A DNA stretch of 63,058 bases, counting the filler, from Octopus bimaculoides (lineage: Eukaryota): NCBI RefSeq assembly GCF_001194135.2. It is 6 parts of 6 records of this genome, joined end to end, with 100 filler letters (N's around TTAATTAATTAA, not from the genome) between each part and the next. Parts side by side here need not be neighbours in the genome. Positions count along the whole stretch, not along the records: positions 1 to 2,363 come from NC_069005.1; positions 2,464 to 10,991 come from NC_069002.1; positions 11,092 to 17,975 come from NC_069007.1; 3 more parts are not named here. The stretch is one strand, 5' to 3'. Under the pieces are notes generated by a model. That model searched no databases, was not told the origin of the DNA, and was given only the letters and a program-made list of their open reading frames with translations. The position numbers and the translations under genes are program-made. Shown in pieces: positions 1 through 11,397 of this stretch; the first letter of the stretch is position 1, and every line of letters starts with the position of its first letter.

Positions 1-91
1 GGATTGGAGTCTGGTCGATGGGGTTGGATAGAAGGGGAGAAGTAAGAGGAGCGTAACGTGAAAGAAGCATCCGTACAAACACATATGCACG

Positions 92-151
<60 letters not shown>

Positions 152-263
152 TACATACATACATACATACATGAATATATATGACGATATTATTGTTTAT
201 AATAATATTATTGGTTATTTACGTATGCTAATACGTAAAAAGGTGGAAATTACCAATAAATAG

Positions 264-407
264 TTAAGGGTACGAACAGGCAGCACCAGCATGCTAAACA
301 TAGCAGTCAAACTGACCAAACGACCTTTGTGTTTAAGTAAGAACTTGTGGTTTGGTAATTTTGACTGCTATGTTTAGCATGCTGGTACTGCCTGTCAGTA
401 CCCTTAA
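264..407. mobile_element. MITE with ~44-bp terminal inverted repeats, flanked by TTAA
   Basis: TTAA-GGGTACGAACAGGCAGCACCAGCATGCTAAACATAGCAGTCAAA ... TTTGACTGCTATGTTTAGCATGCTGGTACTGCCTGTCAGTACCC-TTAA; the arms are reverse complements with 3 mismatches. Confidence 0.8.
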
Positions 408-445
408 CTATTAATACATACATACGTATATGCATGCGTACATGC

Positions 446-645
446 ATCCTGGCAGGGTGTTGAACAATTGCAGGCCCTTCAAACCTAGGCTATTGCAGTA
501 CTGTGTCCTTATTTTAAATGGGAAAGACGGGATCTTTGGCCTGATGCAGTGCCATCCAATTCGAGGATTGGTGCAGCTGTTAATTCCAAAACTGAGAGCT
601 AAACCCTCCAAGATCTTCCAAATATATATCACCGCGTGTATGCTG
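446..645 (-). mobile_element. LINE ORF2 C-terminal fragment (CR1/L2-group-like)
   Basis: AVIYIWKILEGLALSFGINSCTNPRIGWHCIRPKIP...NSLGLKGLQLFNTLP resembles the CR1/L2-type tail 'IY.WKI..G...R.G..C...GP.LFN.LP'. Confidence 0.7.
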
Positions 646-674
646 GTGTGTACGTCCTAAATATAGAGGTTCGT

Positions 675-830
675 CAAAAGGGACCGATAGAATAAGTACC
701 AGGCTTTAAAGCAAAAAATGAAATGAAGTACGGGTGTATATTCGTGCGACTAAAACAAAACTTCCCCAAATTGATACCGCCAGGATGGCCATAGTGTAAC
801 GACTAAAACAAGTAAAAGATAAAAGATATA
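675..830 (+). mobile_element. SINE family C, diverged 3' part
   Basis: GACCGATAGAATAAGTACCAGGC...GATGGCC...GACTAAAACAAGTAAAAGA is similar to 40975-41100 and to the reverse complement of 16200-16330. Confidence 0.7.
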
Positions 831-831
831 T

Positions 832-884
<53 letters not shown>

Positions 885-984
885 NNNNNNNNNNNNNNNN
901 NNNNNNNNNNNNNNNNNNNNNNNNNNNNNNNNNNNNNNNNNNNNNNNNNNNNNNNNNNNNNNNNNNNNNNNNNNNNNNNNNNNN

Positions 985-1170
985 TATGATTTACCGTTAG
1001 CTCCAAAAGTTTTTTATTCTCTTTCTGTTTATTTCTTCGTGTTCCTTTCTGCTGAAGAGCGTAGGCTCGAAACGTAAAACACTTTCTCACCTTCCCAAGC
1101 GTTAAACTAATACACCTGTTTGTTGTTTATACACCTGTCTTCGCCTTTTGTTTTTCTGTGAATTTCAACT
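985..1170 (+). mobile_element. Penelope-like 3' tail (pLTR) repeat, copy 1
   Basis: Homologous to the reverse complement of 56639-56805; contains a hammerhead-like core. Confidence 0.65.
1045..1080 (+). ncRNA. Minimal type I hammerhead ribozyme-like motif (A6 to C variant)
   Basis: cttt-CTGCTGA-A-GAGC gtag GCTC-GAAAC-GTA-aaac: core, 4-bp stem II with tetraloop, palindromic ACGT stem III and GUA cleavage triplet. Confidence 0.55.
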
Positions 1171-1173
1171 ATG

Positions 1174-1243
<70 letters not shown>

Positions 1244-1784
1244 CGTATACATATATACATATATTTAAAAGTCGGGTGGTGTATAGAATCTCTTATTCGT
1301 TTTCTATTGGACTCGGCACTTATTCTCTCTCTATTGGAATTCAGATTTCCTAAGAGAAGATTTGCAAGAAATGAAACTAATGTTTCCAAAGCTCTCCGGT
1401 TGGAATTCAAAGAAATCGGTGTTGATACCAGGAAAAAAATAGTAAACTTGAAAAATGAACGGAAATGAAAGTAAAGTATTGTGTGCAATTCTTGGTGTAG
1501 TTTATGGATTGGAAGGAATTTGTCGGAATTAAAACGCTTCTAATGGAAACACAGAGAGTTACAAGAATATAGCGAGCCGGCCGTGGCATTTGAAACGGAA
1601 GTTCTTGTATTCGTGCTTTGATTTGCTTCATTTTTTAAAAAAATTCTGTTGACGTCATTAAGGAGAGGAGCAAAAGTTTGGACCAAATTATTTAAACGAT
1701 GGAATGTGGAGTGCGGCCATGCTGGATCTTCCTTTTGAAGGGCTTCGGCGATCAAATAATCCACAGTGGTTATTTTTTTAAAGT

Positions 1785-1892
1785 CTGATATTTATTCTAT
1801 TGTTCTTTATTCCAAACTGCTAAGTCACGGTGACGTAAAAGAACCAACACTAGTTGTCAAGTGGTGCGGGGGACAAAAACATAAACACGCGC
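1785..1892 (-). mobile_element. SINE family C, internal fragment
   Basis: CTGCTAAGTCACGGTGACGTAAA...TTGTCAAGTGGTGCGGGGGACAAA matches 16330-16395. Confidence 0.6.
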
Positions 1893-2179
1893 ATGCGCGC
1901 ACACATATATTTAATAGTGGGGGTGGTGTGGGAAAGAAAACAAAAAGAATGCAGCTCCAGTAACTATTGAAGATGTTGCAAGAAGCAAAGAAAACTTTAG
2001 AAAAAGACAAGTAAGTAAATGAGTGGAAATCGAACCGGTGAGTGTGTTAATAAACAAGGCATTAAAACAGAATAACTCTCCCCAGAAATAATGAATATAT
2101 ATTTATATACTGACTGAGTGATTGATTGCTTGATTAGCTAAATAGCTAGGTGTATATTTAATTTTTTTAAATGAAAAAT

Positions 2180-2234
<55 letters not shown>

Positions 2235-2330
2235 GTCTATATATATATGTATATATATAGACACGTACATAAATGGATGCATATGTGCGTGTATGTATAA
2301 TAAAATACAAACGTATATATTATACACTCA

Positions 2331-2363
<33 letters not shown>

Positions 2364-2407
2364 NNNNNNNNNNNNNNNNNNNNNNNNNNNNNNNNNNNNN
2401 NNNNNNN

Positions 2408-2419
2408 TTAATTAATTAA
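2408..2419. other. Artificial six-frame-stop scaffolding spacer TTAATTAATTAA (also 11036-11047, 18020-18031, 30173-30184, 57342-57353)
   Basis: Identical 12-mer, always embedded between two runs of ~44 N. Confidence 0.9.
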
Positions 2420-3664
2420 NNNNNNNNNNNNNNNNNNNNNNNNNNNNNNNNNNNNNNNNNNNNATTCTGCTTTCTTTCGTCCTCTCTGTCTTTCTCTGTC
2501 TCCGCCTTTCTTCCTTTCCTTCCTCTTTTCTGATTCATCTTTACTAAACAAGACGAAACAACAACCTCTTTTCGATTTGGATATAAGGCTGAAGAAATGT
2601 CCAGTGTATCATCTCTCAAGAGTCCCATTACGCAGACGAAAGCGGTAATATAAAAAATTATGACCGCTTCCTATTTCCGGAATTTTGGAAATCGTTAAAA
2701 AGAATATATCGAAAATTCTGACTGCTTCCAAATTCTTTATATATATATATTCTCATTTTTTCCATTCTAGTCAATACAGAATTACAGATAGTATTTATGG
2801 AATTTTGACTTACTGTCGGATGACAATGTAAACTTCATTGAATCTAGATTAAGTGGCCTCAAGAGTAATCTGCAGTATACACTTCTCTTGGATATTTACT
2901 CCTTCTGAGGTTCCGCTCCCTAAGAAACACACGCAGCCCTGATGTTATCTATTCTGTTCCTTGACTATTGTATTCTATTCACATACCTTGCAACCCTGCC
3001 TACCATGAAACATAAAACCTTTTTTCAGCTTACATCGATGCGAAAAATCCACAATCATCCTCCTCAGTAAACCTCTATTGTTACTGAAATCTGTTTTTTA
3101 AAAATATTTTCTATTGTTTGCTGGAAGCTAACGTTCCTAAACCTCGATCCTTGGAACTTACTCACACATATACACACACAGAGGCACACTCACAAGCACA
3201 TACAGACACACAGAAGCACATATACACACACACACAATCACGACGATTCACTTTTAAGCATCAGGAATTGCACAAAGAAGATTTATTTTCACATGTGTGG
3301 TGCGTTTTTCTCCACTCAAGAATTGAAGAATGAATAATTTTGTAAATTACGCATGAAAATTTGTACAATAGCATTCATATATTTTGTTGCTGCTTTGTGG
3401 GGCGTGGTTAAATATAATAGATTAGCCGTAATATTGTAAATATCCCAAAGCAGTAAGGAATTTTACCTACTGTGTGCCTCCATCTAGCTGACCACTCTAG
3501 GCTACATTGGAAATGCAATCTCTAATACGCAAACATACTACGCTGTATACTCGGTTTATTGTTGCCGTTAATGAGATATGCAACATAGTTCAGAGCGTAT
3601 TGTTTCTGTCTGCTAGAAATAACAGTTATATGTCTATCAAGGATATCTGAAAAATTGAACATTC

Positions 3665-3812
3665 ACAATAATCCTTTCTACTATTGACACAAGGTTTGAA
3701 TTTATTGGGGAGGTGCCTAATCGACTATTACATCGACACCAGTGTCTTACTGGTACTTAATTTATTGACTCTGAAACAATGAAACTCAAAGTCGACCTCG
3801 ACTGAATTGAGT
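3665..3812 (-). mobile_element. SINE family B fragment
   Basis: ATTACATCGACACCAGTG...ACTGGTACTTAATTTATTGAC...AAAGTCGACCTCG is the reverse complement of the family B body (cf. 47025-47255). Confidence 0.7.
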
Positions 3813-4342
3813 ATTCACAATAAAATCAATGCCTTCTTTTTGACAATAACAGCCTCAAGGACATTATTATAGCAACGTACACAATATTTCGTCTCTCTGC
3901 GTCGTGGTTTCAATTCCTGCTCAAGACAAATACGTCTTTTATACTTTCATATTAAATACATCTCTAATAATCAAAGACAGTCGATCGGTAAACTTAAAAG
4001 AGCGTGAGACCCTCTTTCATGTTTTATTGAACCCGTCCCAGTTTAAATCCCACTACTAAGTTTATAAACTATTGTCAACCTGAATGATACATTGGACCCA
4101 TCCTCAGGTTAGTAAAACCCGCCGGTGATTTGGACAACTTTAGCGATGTCTGAACTATTCCAAGGGTTCAGACGAGATGTGTAGAATAAAAAATATTCTC
4201 CTTTATTCATCCTTTCTGTCTCTGAGCCCTCATTATGTTACATAGTCACTGTGCTATCCCTAGAGAGATAGATAAAATATGAGTTGTTTGATAAGTCCTA
4301 AAATTTGGCTTTGAAGATTACATGAGTATTTACGTAATCATT

Positions 4343-4740
4343 GGAGACGCAATGGCCCAGTGGTTAGGGCGGCGGACTCGATGTCATAAGATTGCGGTTT
4401 CGATTCCCAGACCGGTTGTTGTGTGTGTTTATTGAGCGAAAACACCTAAAGTTCCACGAGGCACCAACAGGGAGGAGGGATGGCGAACTCTGCTGTACTC
4501 TTTCCCCACAACTTTCTCTCACACTTCCTTCCTGTTTCTGCTGTGCCTGTAATTCAAAGGGTCATCCTTGTCACACTGTGTCACACTGTGCCACACTGAA
4601 TATCCCCGAGAACTATGTTAAGGGTACACGTGTCTGTGGAGTGCTCAGCCGCTTGCACGTTAATTTCACGAGCAGGCTGTTCCATTGATCGGATCAACTG
4701 GAACCCTCGACGTTGTAAGCGACGGAGTGCCAACAACAAC
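4343..4740 (+). mobile_element. Full-length tRNA-derived SINE family A with 13-bp target-site duplication
   Basis: A box TGGCCCAGTGGTTAGG, B box GGTTTCGATTCCC and (CAA)n tail; ACGTAATCATTGG at 4332-4344 and 4739-4751. Confidence 0.9.
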
Positions 4741-5712
4741 GTAATCATTGGTGTCAAAGAGTGTACTGTTTGCTATACATGGAACAGTTTTTACCAAACA
4801 AAGACGTGACGTGGAGTGAGCAAAAGAACTCACCGACCGACAGTGATTAGCAGACGTGTGAAAAAAAATGACGCATCTTGTTTAGGCACATAATATATTA
4901 TAGATGTTATTCACTGCATGACGTGAGAATAGGATGGGAAGAAGACGTAGATCTCGCTGAGAGAGGATTTCCTGAAACCGTCCAAGTGTCTGCAACGAAA
5001 TTTACAACTAACATTAGAGAATTTGAAGAAAGCTATGGTTGATTGTATGGGAAACGATTAAAGGTATACTATTAAAGGATAAACACACAAAAACGCTCAT
5101 AAACACACAGACCTACATATATGTGTAGATATATACATATATATGTGTGTGTGTGTGTGTGGAAATAAGTACATATGCATATATAACAAATTATATCCAT
5201 ACAAACACATATACGTATATATATATATATATATATATATATATNNNNNNNNNNNNNNNNNNNNNNNNNNNNNNNNNNNNNNNNNNNNNNNNNNNNNNNN
5301 NNNNNNNNNNNNNNNNNNNNNNNNNNNNNNNNNNNNNNNNNNNNNNNNNNNNNNNNNNNNNNNNNNNNNNNNNNNNNNNNNNNNNNNNNNNNNNNNNNNN
5401 NNNNNNNNNNNNNNNNNNNNNNNNNNNNNNNNNNNNNNNNNNNNNNNNNNNNNNNNNNNNNNNNNNNNNNNNNNNNNNNNNNNNNNNNNNNNNNNNNNNN
5501 NNNNNNNNNNNNNNNNNNNNNNNNNNNNNNNNNNNNNNNNNNNNNNNNNNNNNNNNNNNNNNNNNNNNNNNNNNNNNNNNNNNNNNNNNNNNNNNNNNNN
5601 NNNNNNNNNNNNNNNNNNNNNNNNNNNNNNNNNNNNNNNNNNNNNNNNNNNNNNNNNNNNNNNNNNNNNNNNNNNNNNNNNNNNNNNNNNNNNNNNNNNN
5701 NNNNNNNNNNNN

Positions 5713-5993
5713 ATACCTAAAGATCCACGAGGCTCCGGCAGGGGATGGTGGCGAACCCTGCTGTACTCTTCCACCACAACTTTGTTTCACTCTTACTTCC
5801 TGTTTCTGTTGTGCCTGTAATTCAAAGGGTCAGCCTTGTCACACTGTGTCACGCTGAATCTCTCCGAGAACTACGCTAAGGGTACACGTGTCTGTGGAGT
5901 GCTCAGCCACTTACACGTTAATTTCACGAGCAGGCTGTTCCGTTGATCGGATCAACTGGAACCCTCGACGACGTGAGCGACGGAGTGCCAACA
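5713..5993 (+). mobile_element. SINE family A, 3' two-thirds (5' end in gap)
   Basis: Closely similar to about 4444-4733. Confidence 0.85.
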
Positions 5994-6859
5994 CTTACAT
6001 GCACACACACATCATATACATGTATCTAAGCTCAGAATTACATATCTAAAATATCTCTCGCTCTGTCTGTCTGTCTGTCTTACTACGGCCCATTCACTGC
6101 ATTTTTCTTATTATCTATCAATCTCTCTATCAATATCTTTATCTATTCATCAAAAGAGCGACTTGAATGATGATATTTTACTCCTTTTTTTCTTCATTGC
6201 TTTACATTTTAGTTCATGTGATGTTGGTTATCCCTTAAAACATCTGTGCTAATGTCTGTAATAGAAAAGCTCTATCTTTTTATGATACTGCTCGCCGAAT
6301 TTTATTGTACCGGATGGCATTATAAAGATTCTATGGCTTATGTTATTGACTATACACTTCATTACTGCTAAGGTTTATTTAGAATGTTTGCTTGTCTTAT
6401 TCATATATCGCTATTATCAAACTATCTTTGGATGTATTTTACGGACTGCATTTCTCTGCATTTCATTCCGTGTTTTGTGTGGGTTATTTACAAAAGACAT
6501 ATTCATTTGTATAGGTAAAACAGATTCATCTCTATTGGAATCAAGCAATATCTGTTATGCATATGTTTCATAATAGAGAAGAAATTCACAAAACATCAGT
6601 GCTGCTAGAAGATAAATCAGAAAACAGTTTTTAGAAAAACAATGCGAAATTTAAAAGTCGGATACATCATAAGCTCCTTTCCATATTCAATTACAACCGA
6701 AACTTATGAGAGAATGTCGTTAGTAGATGAGTCAAATTCGTAATACTAAATAACTCTAGTAATGAAGATATGATTGTACAAAAATACTGGATATCATGAG
6801 ATAGACTACCTTCTAACGTGGTCCTGCCAGCATGTTGTTACTGCTATGATATGCGGCCG

Positions 6860-7193
6860 TATATCTGTGACAGACCATGTCTGTCTTTGGCTGGCCTCAA
6901 ATGTCACCTGCGAACACATGGAAAACAAACTTCAACCAGCTATTCTGATTATATGTCTATGCACACGTTTGAATGTAGTGTGTGCCAGAGGGCTTGCAAA
7001 TCCAGTATGGGGGGGGGTGTCTTAAAAGACATGTTAGGATCTACAATGAGCAGAACTTACCTGCAGGCATTGGTAGTGCAAATCAGAGGTGCAATCTGTC
7101 TGGTTTAAAAAGCCACATCAGACGCCATGAAAGGGCTAAGGTGTAGGTGCAGGAGGTGGTCAAACTCTGTAAGGAGTAGACAACAACCAACCA

Positions 7194-7195
<2 letters not shown>
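6860..7195 (+). mobile_element. RTE-type LINE 3' end with three C2H2-like zinc fingers (frameshifted)
   Basis: ICDRPCLSLAGLKCHLRTH; ECSVCQRACKSS..(G)LKRHVRI; after a 1-nt frameshift LSGLK(S)HIRRHERAKV*, then a short 3' UTR into (TA)n. No TGEKP linkers. Confidence 0.6.
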
Positions 7196-7276
<81 letters not shown>

Positions 7277-8069
7277 TGAAGTAGCCATGAAATTTGAATA
7301 ATATAACCCTAGATATGTATTATTTCTGAAGTGTAGGTCTTGATTTTATTTATTGAGTTTGGTTATTCTCATCCACTTCCTCACCGTAAATGGTTCAATG
7401 CTGATTATGCTGACTATTGCTATGTATTTTGACAATAAAGTTGTGTTTCTTCAATCAATAAAAAGTAGTCTAGTATCTGATACACCTCTAGCTAGCTCAA
7501 TTCTTTGATGCAACGTATACTTGGTCATTCCGATTCATGCTGCAACCAAGTCTCCGCAAGACACCACATTACTCTCTTTAAAAGAAGCAACACAGGATAT
7601 TGTAGTCTGCAAACTATGTATGGCAAAGGAAAAGAAAGAAAAGACTCACACTTACGTATAACAACTTCGTTTTCGTACATCTCTCATATCTGACCTGCGG
7701 CAACACAATAACAATATACGTCTGACTACCGCCAGACCTCGTCTGCGTAATATTTTAGTCAATTTGTACTTAATATCTCCATTGAATTTCAAAACTGATT
7801 AAGTAATGTCTTGTTTTTGACTTTTATATTTTATCTTGTAGTTTTTTAGTCATTTCTCTACAGCATCCCAACATATCAATATTCCTTAACAGCTTAGCAG
7901 AAATGGCCTGCAAAATCAGCTCTGAATACAGGACTAAATATTCATAGAGTACACCACGAACGAGCGTACAGATGACGTGGACAACAACCTTCCTAATATT
8001 CGTCATTGAAGGGATGCCAAGATATTTGAATACATATTTACGTACATACACACATACATACATTTATTT

Positions 8070-8423
8070 TCGACTCAATCGGTCACGGATGACCATGGGT
8101 GCACCAAAGAGGTTTCCCTCTGTGGACCAAGTCTGGGTGAACAGTCGCCTCACCGGCGAACGCACAACCTGGGTTTTTTCTTATGGAAGACCAGCAGTCA
8201 CCCATTAATGACAGCCTCCTCTCTCCACACCACCGATGTTATCTAAGGGAAGGCAGAGGCCGATACAGCTAGGCGCCAGTGACGTCACAACACATTTCTA
8301 CGGCTGAGCGAACTGGGGCAACATCAAATAATGTCTTACTCAAGAACAATACACCCAGCCCGGGCCGGGAATCGAACTCACGATCGTAAGCTCGACGCAC
8401 TAACCACTCAGTCATGCGGCTTC
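8070..8423 (-). mobile_element. tRNA-derived CORE-type SINE (family D)
   Basis: Minus strand: A box TGACTGAGTGGTTAG, B box GAGTTCGATTCCC, CORE-like TTCTTGAGTAAGACA...; homologous to 54916-55075. Confidence 0.8.
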
Positions 8424-8473
8424 ACACACACACACAGAGACACACAAACACACACACACACACACATATACAT

Positions 8474-8512
<39 letters not shown>

Positions 8513-8800
8513 NNNNNNNNNNNNNNNNNNNNNNNNNNNNNNNNNNNNNNNNNNNNNNNNNNNNNNNNNNNNNNNNNNNNNNNNNNNNNNNNNNNNNNNN
8601 NNNNNNNNNNNNNNNNNNNNNNNNNNNNNNNNNNNNNNNNNNNNNNNNNNNNNNNNNNNNNNNNNNNNNNNNNNNNNNNNNNNNNNNNNNNNNNNNNNNN
8701 NNNNNNNNNNNNNNNNNNNNNNNNNNNNNNNNNNNNNNNNNNNNNNNNNNNNNNNNNNNNNNNNNNNNNNNNNNNNNNNNNNNNNNNNNNNNNNNNNNNN

Positions 8801-8853
<53 letters not shown>

Positions 8854-8954
8854 CATACATACACAAGCAAAATAGCTGGTTGTAAAAATTCAAGAAGAGA
8901 TAAGAGTAGCAACTAAGCTAACAAGTAAATTCCATATGTCATACACCATACGTC

Positions 8955-9210
8955 ATATGGCGTAGTGTTAAGAGCGCAGGTTTCTAACCCCAAGATTCCG
9001 AGTTCGATTCCAGGCAGTGACTTGAATAATAATTATATAATGATAATAATAATAATAACAACAACAACATCGAAAAATACCTTACGAATGTGAATAAAGG
9101 TTCGAAATTTCCCCAAGACACCTGACGAAGGCTGGAGGGTATACCAGCCGGAACGCTGTGTTGACAGCAAACAAGATGTGAATAAATGTCCGTCAAATGT
9201 AAACAATTCC
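8955..9210 (+). mobile_element. tRNA-headed SINE-like element carrying a minimal hammerhead ribozyme
   Basis: A box TGGCGTAGTGTTAAG (8958-8972), B box GAGTTCGATTCC (9000-9011), (AAT)n/(AAC)n linker, hammerhead fold at 9117-9162. Confidence 0.75.
9117..9162 (+). ncRNA. Minimal type I hammerhead ribozyme (degenerate copy)
   Basis: Stem I GACAC/GTGTT; core CTGACGA+A; stem II GGCTGG/CCAGCC (6 bp); GGAAC (canonical GAAAC); GCT (canonical GTH). Confidence 0.7.
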
Positions 9211-9299
9211 TCATCTCTTAAATATAGAACTGTGTTTTCAATGTTTGTTTCTCTCTCTATATATATCCCCATATATATTAACTTGTGTATATGTATTCA

Positions 9300-9355
9300 T
9301 TTGTTCTTCTATTCGTTTCAGCCATGCGGCTGCGGTCATGCTGGAGCACCACCAT
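9300..9355 (-). mobile_element. SINE family C, 3' end fragment
   Basis: GTTTCAGCCATGCGGCTGCGGTCATGCTGGAGCACCACC matches 16212-16250. Confidence 0.65.
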
Positions 9356-9537
9356 GTATGTATATTTTATATATCAAGACCTAGCGTGTTCATCTGCATC
9401 AACATTTCCGTTCTCTCTTTCTCTCCGCGACAAATATATACTAGGGAGAAATAGAGAGCGATATGTGTGTGTATTCTACGAGCGATGTATCTCGAAATGA
9501 AATCTAGCTGTAAATAATATATCATAATATTGCTTAA

Positions 9538-9742
9538 AAATTCTGGTAGAAGGCCAGCAGTTTCGGAAAAGTGGATACGACGATTACATCGACACCAGTG
9601 CTTGACTGTTTTTAATCTAGCGAACTCGAACGGATCAAAGACAAATTGTACTACCACGGAATTTGAGTTCAAACAATACAAATGGACGAAACGGCTCTAA
9701 GCAGTTTCTCAGACGAGCTTAGTGTTGTGTCAGCTCGCCGTA
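9538..9742 (-). mobile_element. SINE family B, old copy
   Basis: GATTACATCGACACCAGTG...GGAATTTGAGTTCAAA...CAGCTCGCC. Confidence 0.65.
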
Positions 9743-9876
9743 TTATAAATAAATCATAATATTCCAGGTTAAAATAACGACATAGCATTTTCCATTTATT
9801 ATTCGAAATGAATGACACTTTCTTTAACTTTTATGCCTGTATTTTCCTTATATAAAGAGTGTTGCTACAAAATAAT

Positions 9877-10025
9877 AAGAAGAATGAAAAATAACTAAAA
9901 GGAGAAAAAGAAGAATGAAAAATAACTAAAAGGAGAAAAAGAAGAATGAAAAATAACTAAAAGGAGAAAAAGAAGAATGAAAAATAACTAAAAGGAGAAA
10001 AAGAAGAATGTAAAATAACTAAAAC
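9877..10025 (+). repeat. 31-bp purine-rich minisatellite, ~4.7 copies
   Basis: AAGAAGAATGAAAAATAACTAAAAGGAGAAA; its ATG recurs at 9884, 9915, 9946, 9977 and 10008. Confidence 0.95.
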
Positions 10026-10929
10026 GAGATTTTGAGTCAAGTTATCCAAATATTATTTTAGATATATTTCAGAATTTTTGTTCCAGTGCTAATGCAAAAT
10101 CCAAACTTAACCTTTGTAGACATTACCACAATGAAATATAATCCAGAGGACATTTTTGATAAAGTTTTAGAAAGAAGAAATATTTTAAAATAATACCTGG
10201 AAAACAAAATCACATAACAAATATCTGAACAAAAATTAATACATAATAAAATAAATTTAATTTCAGCATTCTGCTGATACCACAAAATTTAATTTTCGCA
10301 TACGTTTTTTTGTTTAATTATTTTGCATAAATTACATACATTTTTCTCTGCGAATATATATTTATTATATTATTTTTTTGTAATTTAATCTGAAAATATT
10401 ATGCAAAAAAATATATATATTTTATTAAATCTATTCCAGAATCTAAATTAAATAACAGTGTCAAATGTTTTCGCTCAGAACCTTTTTCTAATAAAATATA
10501 TCTTTGAAATATTTTATAGCTAAATTTTGAATTTTTTTTTTTTTTNNNNNNNNNNNNNNNNNNNNNNNNNNNNNNNNNNNNNNNNNNNNNNNNNNNNNNN
10601 NNNNNNNNNNNNNNNNNNNNNNNNNNNNNNNNNNNNNNNNNNNNNNNNNNNNNNNNNNNNNNNNNNNNNNNNNNNNNNNNNNNNNNNNNNNNNNNNNNNN
10701 NNNNNNNNNNNNNNNNNNNNNNNNNNNNNNNNNNNNGTAAGACTGATATAAAGAGATAAATCGGTTTATATGTAGATAGATAAAAATGTGTATGTATACA
10801 CACACAAACACACGCACGCGAGCAAACACACAGACACACACATGTTTACATATGCAATTATGAAAATACCTATGCAGTCATACAAACCCAAACTCACATA
10901 CAGACGCGCACACACAGTTATATGTAAAC

Positions 10930-10991
<62 letters not shown>

Positions 10992-11091
10992 NNNNNNNNN
11001 NNNNNNNNNNNNNNNNNNNNNNNNNNNNNNNNNNNTTAATTAATTAANNNNNNNNNNNNNNNNNNNNNNNNNNNNNNNNNNNNNNNNNNNN

Positions 11092-11331
11092 ATCCCCAAA
11101 ATCAAAAATTCTTCTCAGAAACCCAAGCCTGATTCCACACAAGCAACCACTACTACACCATTGCCATACAAATCCAATAATTCCGTTCCTAAACAAACAT
11201 TTTCTTCAGAGGTACCGAAATGTACTTCATATCCCAAATCCACTCTCAGCCATAATTATCTAAACACCAACCAATCCACCTCAAATACCTTAAACACCCA
11301 AAAAAGGGTTACTTTTTCCACTGTAAATAAG
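11092..11331 (+). CDS. SETX: Senataxin/Sen1-like gene, exon A (5' end lost in gap); S/T/P/K-rich disordered region
   Basis: Open frame from gap edge: IPKIKNSSQKPKPDSTQATTTTPLPYKSNN...QKRVTFSTVNK, ending AAG|GTAAAT (phase 0), matching the phase-0 start of the next exon. Assigned by contiguity with the downstream exons, not by its own motif. Confidence 0.65.
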
Positions 11332-11397
11332 GTAAATAAGTCTCTAAGTTATCTTCTTTCTGAAATTATTAGTCTTTTTTTTTTTTTTTTATAATTT

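Noticed and set aside
2780-3060. Possible decayed LINE ORF1 (minus-strand NIRAAC knuckle-like)
   Set aside because: Too degraded; a single short motif with stops.
8958-9020. tRNA genes (also at 4343, 8423, 15078, 33963 and 55075)
   Set aside because: A/B boxes are present but there is no complete cloverleaf or acceptor stem, and each continues into a SINE body.
9877-10025. CRISPR-like array (also 12109-12270 and 22996-23072)
   Set aside because: Head-to-tail repeats without unique spacers, in a eukaryotic context, with no cas genes.
11036-11047. TTAATTAATTAA as a biological motif (TTAA target or homeodomain site)
   Set aside because: Five identical copies, each between N runs; an assembly spacer.
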